Assembly (NCBI GenBank): GCA_035529075.1
Contig: DATKXK010000014.1
Location: 76,264 to 140,263, forward strand
Length of the DNA: 64,000 nt
Direction of reading: 5' to 3'
From: Acidobacteriota bacterium
GTDB taxonomy: Bacteria; Zixibacteria; MSB-5A5; GN15; FEB-12
Position 1 is the first letter of the stretch, and the number at the start of each line of letters is the position of its first letter. A program made the translations under genes and the position numbers. A model generated the notes under the pieces. It did not search any database. It was not told the origin of the DNA and saw only the letters and a program-made list of their open reading frames with translations. Shown piece by piece: positions 25,567 to 33,607 of this stretch.

Positions 25567-28299
25567 ATGAAAAGGAGCATGATGACATATTTGGTGGCGC
25601 TCGGGCTGGTGGTGGCAGTCCTGTTGCAGGCCGCGCCGGTGAGCGCCAAGCCGATCTCGGCCAGGCCCCCGCGGGTCGACACCGGCAGTACCGGAGGTAC
25701 CGGAGGACTGGCTCTCTTCCCCTCGCCCCTGACGATCGACCAGATCATTCACGACCGCGGTAACATCCTTACCACAGTCGACAACTGGGGGTACATCGGC
25801 GGGAGCCAATACTACGGACTGCCTTCGGGCGAGTGGCCGCGCAATTCCGGGCACGACTACATCGGTGAAATCAAGTACTGGATGGGGGCCGTTGACGCCG
25901 GCGGCGACACTCTGGTCGCTAACACCTACGATGACTTTCAGGGTCTTCCGTCGCTGATCTCGAGCGTTCCGCAGCAGAAGATTCTGCTGTCGACCGACAC
26001 GACGCGCTATTACGACTACAACCTGGAGGACACCACCGGGCTGGGCAACGGCAACCCGGCCCACGGGTGGCGCGTGTGGAACGCCGACTCCGCGGCCTGG
26101 GTCTGCACCCAGAACTACAATCCGCGCGACATGATCTTCTTCCCCGGGGGACCCGTTTCACTGCAGGAGTCGCACTATCGCTTCAATGACGCGTCCGGCG
26201 GTTCCTCGCTGATGGGCCTCGAGATGACCCACACCGTCTTGCAGTGGAACTACTGCTACAACGAGGATTTCGTTTTCGTGATCCTCGACATTGCGAACAC
26301 CTCGGCGATCGACTACACCGACTTTGCTTTCGGACTCTACGTCGATCTTGACGTCGGCGGTCCCGACGGTACGGGCGAGAACGGACGCCTCCATGACCTG
26401 GTGGCCTACGACTCGGCCGCCAACCTCGCCTGGACCTACGACTACGACAGCTATGATGAAGGCTGGCAAACCGAGACCGGCATCATGGGCACGAAATATC
26501 TCGAGACGCCGGACGACATCGGTATGACCGGTTTCAGAACCGGCGACTGGGGCCTGGTGCCGGAGACCGATGAAGGTCGTTTCCGCTTTCTTGACTCGGC
26601 CGGTTTTGACCCGCAACTGCCGCCTACCGATCAGTACTATATCCAGTGCACTCGCGGTATCTCGCTGGAGGCCGGCAAGACCGTTCGGGTCGTGTACGCG
26701 CTGGTGGCCGGTGAGGACAGTCTCGAGTTCCGGGACAACGCGGAGCTTGCCCAGCAGTTATATGACAACTACTTCGTCGGTCCCGAACCGCCGCCAACGC
26801 CGACACTGACCGTCGAGGCCAGTGACCAGAAGGTCTACCTGAAATGGGACGACACGGCGGAATTCGGCACCGACCCGCTGTCGGGCGAAAACGATTTCCG
26901 AGGCTACAAACTCTACCGCAGCGACAACCAGGGGAGAACCTGGGGCGAAGTGGTCGAGGACCTCGATAACAACTGCCTGGCGGTCGACTATGAGGCCATC
27001 GGCGACTACTGGGTCAGCACCCCCGGCGATCCGATTCAGCACAGCTACATCGACACCGACCTGTTCAACGGCATTGAATACTGGTATACGCTCGTGGCCT
27101 ATGACACCGGGGCTATTGACCTGGGCGTTGACTGGCTGCAATCCGGGTTCGGTGTCGCCGGCGGAGTGCCCAACGTGGTGGCCGTCACGCCGCGCGACGA
27201 CCCGGCCGGGTTCTACGAGGCCGCCGGTACGGTGGCACACGAATACTCCGGGGTCGTTTCGCCGTCGGCAGGCAACGTTATCCCGACCGTATTCGACCGG
27301 AATGCCCTGCTGGGAGCCGACTACAGGGTCGTGTTTGAGGATACTCCTGCACGTACTTACTGGCATCTGATCAACGTGACCACGGGAGACACCGTCCTGG
27401 CCAATCAGACCCGCTCTGAGGGTGACCCCGGCCTGTACGAGGTTGCCGAGGGTCTGCGAGTGGTCGTCCGCGACGCCGACCGGGTCCCGTTGAACATGGA
27501 ACAGACGGAGTTGGGCGGCGCCGAGGCAACCCTGGTGGCCGACCCGGGAGCATTCTACGGGGTGGTCATTGAGTACTTCTACGGCGTGTATTTCGGCTGC
27601 GAGCACTACCGGTCCACGTATGAATTCCGGTACACCGGTAACTCGACGGTGGCCAGCGCGTTCAACGACACGCTCGGCCAGGGTACGGCCTGGTCGGTGC
27701 CGTTTGAGGTCTGGAACACCACCACTGACCAGCGCGTGTCGCTGGTCGTGTACGATTTCGGGCTCGACGGTGCCTGGGATCCCCGGGACCTGCTGATTGT
27801 CGTAAACTATCCGTACGACCCAATGGAGGATCCGTTCGTCACCGCCTGGCCGTACTATTTCAACTGGATGTTCGGCTTCGACACTACCGTCTACAATCCG
27901 GCCGTCGGAGACGTGTTCACAATCGAGGGTAGTCCGCTGAACAGCCCCGCCGACGCTTTTACCTTCAAGGTTGACGGCATCAGCGTTGCGACGGCCAAAG
28001 CCTCCCTGAACGACATCAGGGTTGTGCCGGATCCGTACCTTGTGCACAACTGGTCCAAGATTGAGCTTTCGGGCGCGGAGCCCGTTCTGGAGTTCCAGAA
28101 TATCCCGGACAAGTGCACCATCCGGATTTACTCGTTGTCCGGAGACCTCATCAAGACCATAGAGCATGAAGGTGTTTCCGGCACGGCGCGCTGGGATCTG
28201 CTTTCGCAGGACCGGCAGCAGGTCGCGTCGGGGATTTACATCTATCACCTGGACTCGCCGTATGGCGAGCATTTGGGACGGTTCGCCGTCATCAAGTAA
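25567..28299 (+). CDS. Family B secreted protein (B2) with an FN3-like middle region and a T9SS-type C-terminal sorting-domain-like tail
   Basis: Signal peptide MTYLVALGLVVAVLLQAAPVSA. Paralogue of B1 (see 9062-11464). Starts 12 nt after A1. Confidence 0.8.
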   Translation: MKRSMMTYLVALGLVVAVLLQAAPVSAKPISARPPRVDTGSTGGTGGLALFPSPLTIDQIIHDRGNILTTVDNWGYIGGSQYYGLPSGEWPRNSGHDYIGEIKYWMGAVDAGGDTLVANTYDDFQGLPSLISSVPQQKILLSTDTTRYYDYNLEDTTGLGNGNPAHGWRVWNADSAAWVCTQNYNPRDMIFFPGGPVSLQESHYRFNDASGGSSLMGLEMTHTVLQWNYCYNEDFVFVILDIANTSAIDYTDFAFGLYVDLDVGGPDGTGENGRLHDLVAYDSAANLAWTYDYDSYDEGWQTETGIMGTKYLETPDDIGMTGFRTGDWGLVPETDEGRFRFLDSAGFDPQLPPTDQYYIQCTRGISLEAGKTVRVVYALVAGEDSLEFRDNAELAQQLYDNYFVGPEPPPTPTLTVEASDQKVYLKWDDTAEFGTDPLSGENDFRGYKLYRSDNQGRTWGEVVEDLDNNCLAVDYEAIGDYWVSTPGDPIQHSYIDTDLFNGIEYWYTLVAYDTGAIDLGVDWLQSGFGVAGGVPNVVAVTPRDDPAGFYEAAGTVAHEYSGVVSPSAGNVIPTVFDRNALLGADYRVVFEDTPARTYWHLINVTTGDTVLANQTRSEGDPGLYEVAEGLRVVVRDADRVPLNMEQTELGGAEATLVADPGAFYGVVIEYFYGVYFGCEHYRSTYEFRYTGNSTVASAFNDTLGQGTAWSVPFEVWNTTTDQRVSLVVYDFGLDGAWDPRDLLIVVNYPYDPMEDPFVTAWPYYFNWMFGFDTTVYNPAVGDVFTIEGSPLNSPADAFTFKVDGISVATAKASLNDIRVVPDPYLVHNWSKIELSGAEPVLEFQNIPDKCTIRIYSLSGDLIKTIEHEGVSGTARWDLLSQDRQQVASGIYIYHLDSPYGEHLGRFAVIK
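28015..28296 (+). other. T9SS C-terminal-domain-like (FlgD-Ig-like) tail of B2
   Basis: IRVVPDPY....LEFQNIPDKCTIRIYSLSGDLIKTIEH....ARWDLLSQDRQQVASGIYIYHLDSPYGEHLGRFAVIK. It follows the V-PNP ... I-IYD-G ... W-G ... SGVY pattern of Por secretion tails. Confidence 0.55.
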
Positions 28300-28312
28300 A
28301 GGAGGCTGGAGC

Positions 28313-29305
28313 GTGAAAAAAATAGTCGTTTTTCTGCTGGTGTTCGCCCTGGTGGGGACAGCCTCCGCTGAACAGTCGAAGGTTGGTTCCGCCGGAGCGC
28401 AGTTTCTCAAGATCGGTGTCGGCTCCCGGTACCAGGCGATGGGGGAGGCCTCGGTGGCTTGTGCCAACGACGTGTACGCGATGTACTGGAACCCGGCCGG
28501 CCTGGCTGAGATTGAAAACGCCGCCGTCAGCTTTACCAACGTCAACTGGATCCTCGACGTCGACCTGAACTATGTGGCCATCGCCAAGAACTTCGAGGAC
28601 GTCGGTGTCTTCGGCGCCTCGGCGACGGTGCTGTCGATGGACGAACAGGAGGTCACGCGGGCGGATATGCCCGAGGGTACGGGGGAGCGCTACGACGCCG
28701 GTTCCTATGCCATCGGAGTCTCTTTCGCGCGTCACCTGACCAACAAGTTCGCCTTCGGCGCCTCCTTCAAGTACGTCGGCGAAAAGATCTACCTGGAGGA
28801 ATCGAGAGGCTTCGCCTTTGACTTCGGAACCCTTCTGTACACGGGCTTCCGCTCGCTGCGTCTGGGCATGAGCATCTCCAACATGGGACCGGAACTGCAG
28901 TTTTCCGGGCCCGACGTGCGCTACGACGAACTGCTGGGTGACGGTGCCAACGATCCGTTTGACGCTCAACTGAAGACAACGCCTTACGACTTGCCCCTCG
29001 TGTTTCGGGTCGGTGTTGCCTACGACCTCGAGATGGCTCAGAACTCCGTTCTGACCGTCTCGGCCGAGATGAAGCACCCTAACGACAACAATCAGCAGGG
29101 CGGCATCGGCGCGGAGTACGGTTTCGCCGAGAAGTTCTTCCTGCGCGGCGGCTACAAGCTGAACTACGAGGAGGAAACACTCTCCTTCGGCGGCGGCTTG
29201 CGAACCTCGGTCGGCTCGGATGCTTCGCTCGTAATCGACTATTCCTGGCAGGACTTCGGGCGGCTGAATTCCGCGCAGCGGTTTTCCGTCGGCTTTGCCT
29301 TCTAA
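28313..29305 (+). CDS. Family C PorV/PorQ-like outer-membrane barrel (C1)
   Basis: GTG 28313 follows AAAGGAGG and gives the signal peptide VKKIVVFLLVFALVGTASA. GSAGAQFLKIGVGSRYQAMGEASVACANDVYAMYWNPAGLA resembles the PorV-family N-terminus. The C-terminus ends in FSVGFAF. Confidence 0.7.
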   Translation: MKKIVVFLLVFALVGTASAEQSKVGSAGAQFLKIGVGSRYQAMGEASVACANDVYAMYWNPAGLAEIENAAVSFTNVNWILDVDLNYVAIAKNFEDVGVFGASATVLSMDEQEVTRADMPEGTGERYDAGSYAIGVSFARHLTNKFAFGASFKYVGEKIYLEESRGFAFDFGTLLYTGFRSLRLGMSISNMGPELQFSGPDVRYDELLGDGANDPFDAQLKTTPYDLPLVFRVGVAYDLEMAQNSVLTVSAEMKHPNDNNQQGGIGAEYGFAEKFFLRGGYKLNYEEETLSFGGGLRTSVGSDASLVIDYSWQDFGRLNSAQRFSVGFAF

Positions 29306-29325
29306 CGGATTCGGCCAGATTGCAA

Positions 29326-29355
29326 AGGCCCCGGCAGGATCGGGGCCTTTTTTTA
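29326..29355 (+). terminator. Intrinsic terminator closing locus 2
   Basis: AGGCCCCG-GCAGGAT-CGGGGCCT followed by TTTTTTT. Confidence 0.8.
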
Positions 29356-29431
29356 TCGCGGCTGGACTTTGACGGTATAAGAATGTATTATTGATCTGAC
29401 GAATCGGCTACGAAGGGAACGGCACAGGAAT

Positions 29432-31015
29432 ATGATGAAGTCACTTCTACGCTCCGCGATATATCTCGCCCTCGGCATCGTGACGGCGCTTTCGGCATCC
29501 GCCCGCAGCAATCTTTCGCTGACCGTTATTGTCGACTATTTTGACGTGCTGTCCTCGGGGAACTTCGAGACCGCGCGTCTCATGTGGACACCCGAGGCAC
29601 AGGAGCGCGCGGGCCGCTTCGACATCGAGTACACGGGGATCCCGCTGAAAATCGACTGCGTGTCTCCCATTGTTCAGGATCTCGCGGTCATGACCAACTA
29701 TATGATGCCGGCGGCCAAAAACGTGGAGAGTCTGCCCGGCGACCGCTACTTCAGGCTTCACTACTCGCAGGTCATCGATGACCAACTGGTGGAACATTTC
29801 TACTACACCAGAGCCGACGGCGACTGGCAGTGGTTCTGCTACCCGCAGGATTACTATGCCGAGGACTGGCCGATTGTCCAGTCGCGATACTTCCGTGTCC
29901 ACGTCCATCCGGACAGGCAGGAGTTCATTCACCAGGCTGTCCTCGAGGAAGCCGACCGTCTGGTGGAGGGCCTGGCCGGAACGCTGCATCTTTCGGGGGA
30001 CGATCTCAGGCGGATCGAGGACAAAAAGATAGAGTTCTTTTACTGTTCATCCGACCAGGGAGTGGCGACGATAACCGGCCAGGCCACGCGCGGCGTGCTC
30101 GACAAGGCCTCCAACGATATCATCTCCGCCAGCTTCCCGCACCTGCATGAACTCGTTCACCTGCTCGTAAACATCAAACTGCAGCGGTTGCCGTTGTATA
30201 CGCTGCCCGTCGTCGCCGAGGGAGTGGCCGTGGCATACGGAGGCCGGTGGGGAAAGAATGCAGAGGCACTCATGGACCTGGGCGTCTTTCTGCACCGGGA
30301 AAAACTGATCGAACTGGATTCCATCCTCACGTTGCAGGGCTTTCAAGCGCACACCGGTGCCGACATTGCCTACCCGATGGTGGGTGTGTTCGCGTTCTTC
30401 CTTATCGACAGGATGGGACAGGACAACTTTCTTGACCTCTACCTGGCGCTTTCCGGAGATTTCAAGACTCTCTCGGCACTGACCACCGAACAGGTTCAGG
30501 AGACAATTGCCGGCGCTGCGGGGGTCGGCGACTGGGAGGAACTGAAAGCGGAATTCGAGCGCTACATCGATCAAAACCTGATCACCCGGGCGGCCGCCCT
30601 GCCCGGAAGAGTCGCCCGCGGCCGCGGTGTCGTCAGCGGCGAGCGGTTCAGCGTCGACCGGAACGGTGAATGGTTCGGGTGCGTCTTTGCTGGAGCCGGG
30701 GAAGAGCCGGTGAAGGGCAGCCTGCTTTTCAGCCATGATAAGCGGCTGGACGGGAAGCCGTCGGTTCTGTTTACGGAGCAATTTGACGATCGCCGTCCTT
30801 TTGAAGGTTACCGGTACGCCGTACGTTTCGATGAGAACGAAGCCGGGCTGTACGACTACGCCACCAACAGACTTCTGGCCAAGTACATCTGGGGAATATC
30901 CCCGTCAGAGGAGTACTTTGACCGCGAGTCCCGCACCATTGCCGTAAAATTCCGGAGGGACCTCGTGGACGGCCGGATGCCGGCCCGGGGGGACTGCGTG
31001 TTGCTGCCGGAATAG
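29432..31015 (+). CDS. Secreted protein with a peptidase-MA-like (gluzincin) motif
   Basis: Signal peptide MMKSLLRSAIYLALGIVTALSASA. HELVH (HExxH) is followed about 20 residues later by AEGVAVAYGG (E-G-x-A-x-Y). Confidence 0.55.
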   Translation: MMKSLLRSAIYLALGIVTALSASARSNLSLTVIVDYFDVLSSGNFETARLMWTPEAQERAGRFDIEYTGIPLKIDCVSPIVQDLAVMTNYMMPAAKNVESLPGDRYFRLHYSQVIDDQLVEHFYYTRADGDWQWFCYPQDYYAEDWPIVQSRYFRVHVHPDRQEFIHQAVLEEADRLVEGLAGTLHLSGDDLRRIEDKKIEFFYCSSDQGVATITGQATRGVLDKASNDIISASFPHLHELVHLLVNIKLQRLPLYTLPVVAEGVAVAYGGRWGKNAEALMDLGVFLHREKLIELDSILTLQGFQAHTGADIAYPMVGVFAFFLIDRMGQDNFLDLYLALSGDFKTLSALTTEQVQETIAGAAGVGDWEELKAEFERYIDQNLITRAAALPGRVARGRGVVSGERFSVDRNGEWFGCVFAGAGEEPVKGSLLFSHDKRLDGKPSVLFTEQFDDRRPFEGYRYAVRFDENEAGLYDYATNRLLAKYIWGISPSEEYFDRESRTIAVKFRRDLVDGRMPARGDCVLLPE

Positions 31016-31031
31016 GCCGCTGGGAGCAGGC

Positions 31032-32111
31032 ATGGAGATCACCAGCCTCGTAATCGTTGCCGTTGTCCTGCTCAATCTGGCTCTGGCCCTGTGGCTGATC
31101 GCGCGCGTGAGCCGCCTTTCGCGCACGGCGGACACGTCCCGCGTTGACACCGCGATGCAACTGCTGAAGGCTGAGTTGATCGGCCGGCAGGCCGAATCAC
31201 TGACGGCGCTGCGCGAATCTATTGATTCGGCCAACCGAATCGTCAACGAACGACTCGCCGAAGGCGCCAGCGCCATCGACAGGCGCATGTCCACTTTCGG
31301 CGAAATCGAAAACAAGCTCGGCCAACTTACCGAGCAGGCAGCCGGCATTGCCTCCGTCGGCAAGAACGTCCAGATGCTCTCCGAATTGTTGCGACCGCCG
31401 CGATCCCGCGGCAGAGTGGGCGAGCTGATGCTCGAGAACCTGCTGGGGCAGATTCTTCCCCGCTCCCTCTACGAGACACAGTACCGGTTCCCCGACGGTC
31501 TGCGCGTCGACGCGGTGGTAAGGTTGGGGGACAGGCTCCTGCCGGTCGACGCCAAGTTCCCGCTGGAATCCTATGAACGGCTGGTAGCGCAACCGGACGA
31601 CGCTGGCGCCCGGAGAGAGTTTACGCGGACGCTGAAAAAGCACGTGGACGCCATTGCCTCCCGGTATCTCAAGCCGGGCGAGCAGACGACGGATTTCGCC
31701 GTCATGTATATCCCGGCCGAGGCCGTTTACTATCAGCTTATCGCCGACAAGGACGGCTCGGCGTTTGAATACGCCCTGTCGAAGAAAATCATTCCCAGTT
31801 CTCCGGGACACTTCTACGGCTTTCTCGCCTCCGTGGCTGCCGTTTACTCCGAGGTGAGCCTGGCCCAGGCTTCCGTCGAGCGCGGCAACCGCTGGCTGGT
31901 TACAGGCATTAACGAACTCACGGAAACGTCGGTTCGCCTGGAACGGCTTCACGAGCGTATGGAGGCTTCACTTCGGTCGCTGACGGCTGCTCTCGAGAAG
32001 TCCCGATCCGAATTGCGACAGATTCGGCTGAACCTGGAGAAGTTGGGGCGGCCGGAAGACCTGCCGGGAGAGCCCGTCGCCGTTTCCGACCGCCAGGACA
32101 CTGCCGATTGA
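31032..32111 (+). CDS. rmuC: DNA recombination protein RmuC
   Basis: N-terminal TM helix, coiled-coil region, then RGRVGELMLENLL ... RVDAVVRLGDRLLPVDAKFPLESY ... AVMYIPAE. Confidence 0.8.
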   Translation: MEITSLVIVAVVLLNLALALWLIARVSRLSRTADTSRVDTAMQLLKAELIGRQAESLTALRESIDSANRIVNERLAEGASAIDRRMSTFGEIENKLGQLTEQAAGIASVGKNVQMLSELLRPPRSRGRVGELMLENLLGQILPRSLYETQYRFPDGLRVDAVVRLGDRLLPVDAKFPLESYERLVAQPDDAGARREFTRTLKKHVDAIASRYLKPGEQTTDFAVMYIPAEAVYYQLIADKDGSAFEYALSKKIIPSSPGHFYGFLASVAAVYSEVSLAQASVERGNRWLVTGINELTETSVRLERLHERMEASLRSLTAALEKSRSELRQIRLNLEKLGRPEDLPGEPVAVSDRQDTAD

Positions 32112-32176
32112 CAATCCGGTTGTCCGGCACTCCGCCGGGCTGTTTTTTACCAGGACGAGCGGGAGAATAACGACGC

Positions 32177-33607
32177 ATGGTCCAGCGAGACTTCGATCTC
32201 ATCGTCATCGGATCGGGGCCGGCCGGTGAGAAGGCGGCTATACAGGCTGCCAAGATGCACAGGTCGGTGGCCATTGTCGAGCGGGAATCGGTGCAGGGGG
32301 GCGTCTGCCTGCACACCGGAACCATTCCGTCGAAGACCCTCAGGGAAACCGTTGTCTACATGTCCGGGTTGCGGCAGCGCTCGGTTTACGGCCTCGCGGC
32401 GGCAATGAGAACAGATCTCACCGTCCGGGAGTTGATGTATCGTAAAGGGCAGGTGGTCCAGCAGGAGCTGGACGTTATCGCGCAGAATATGGCCCGCCAC
32501 CGCATTGAGGTCATTCACGGCACCGGGGAAATCGTCGATCCACATACGGTTCTCGTGCACGGCCGCAACGGCGGCACCCGCAGCCTGACCGGAGAAGCCA
32601 TCATCATCTCTACCGGCACCCGATCATATCGACCGCCTGATATCGACTTTGACGGCCCGTATATATACGACGCGGAGTCGATTATAGACCTCGACCGCAT
32701 CCCCGACCGACTCACGATCATCGGCGGGGGCGTCATCGGCTGCGAGTACGCCTCGATCTTCTCGCATATCGGCGTCAAGGTCACGATCGTGGATCTGCGA
32801 ACGCGCCTGTTGTCGTTTTTGGATCACGAACTCGGCGATGCCCTGATGTACCTTATGCGCAAGTACGGTGTGTCCTTTGTGCTCGCGGACGTCTCTGAGA
32901 AGATCTCGGTGGAGGGCGACGAGGTTGTCACGCTGACGAGAGCCGGCCGCCGAATAGTCGCCGACCGCCTGCTGTACGCTGCCGGTCGGTGCGGCAACAC
33001 TGAAGCCCTCGGGCTCGAGGGGCTGGGGATACGGACGGACGACCTGGGTCTTATCAAGGTCAACGAGAAGTACCAGACGGCGGTGCCGAACGTTTTTGCG
33101 GTCGGTGACGTCATCGGGTTCCCGTCACTGGCTTCCGTGTCGATGGACCAGGGGCGTCTTGCGGCAGTGCACGCCTTCAGGTCGGACGACATTGCCTGTT
33201 TGAACAACCTCCTGCCTTTCGGGATCTGGACAATTCCCGAGGTCGCCATTCTGGGCGAGACCGAGGAATCGCTGGCCGCCCAAGGGCACGAGTACGAGGT
33301 GGGCACGGCCCGATACTTTGAGCTGGCCCGCGGCCAGATCATCAACGATCACGATGGTCTGCTCAAGCTGATCTTTGACATTGATGCAGGCCGCCTGCTG
33401 GGCGTGCATATCATAGGTGAGCGGGCTAACGAGCTAATCCACATCGGCCAGGCGGTGATGACTTACGGCGGCACCATCGATTACTTTGTCGATACGGTGT
33501 TCAACTACCCGACCCTGACCGAGGCGTACAAGGTAGCCGCTCTGGACGGCCTGTCGCGCCTGGCCTTCCGCGCGTCCCGGGCTAGTTCTCGTCGAGTCGC
33601 TGATTGA
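32177..33607 (+). CDS. sthA: Soluble pyridine nucleotide transhydrogenase-like flavoprotein (pyridine nucleotide-disulfide oxidoreductase class I)
   Basis: FDLIVIGSGPAGEKAA, single-Cys motif GGVCLHTGTIPSK as in SthA, IIGGGVIGCEYAS, and C-terminal NYPTLTEAYK. Confidence 0.75.
   Translation: MVQRDFDLIVIGSGPAGEKAAIQAAKMHRSVAIVERESVQGGVCLHTGTIPSKTLRETVVYMSGLRQRSVYGLAAAMRTDLTVRELMYRKGQVVQQELDVIAQNMARHRIEVIHGTGEIVDPHTVLVHGRNGGTRSLTGEAIIISTGTRSYRPPDIDFDGPYIYDAESIIDLDRIPDRLTIIGGGVIGCEYASIFSHIGVKVTIVDLRTRLLSFLDHELGDALMYLMRKYGVSFVLADVSEKISVEGDEVVTLTRAGRRIVADRLLYAAGRCGNTEALGLEGLGIRTDDLGLIKVNEKYQTAVPNVFAVGDVIGFPSLASVSMDQGRLAAVHAFRSDDIACLNNLLPFGIWTIPEVAILGETEESLAAQGHEYEVGTARYFELARGQIINDHDGLLKLIFDIDAGRLLGVHIIGERANELIHIGQAVMTYGGTIDYFVDTVFNYPTLTEAYKVAALDGLSRLAFRASRASSRRVAD

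Noticed and set aside
26758-28545. 595-aa minus-strand ORF
   Set aside because: It is antisense to B2 and the start of C1. The plus-strand genes have signal peptides, paralogues elsewhere in the window and RBSs.
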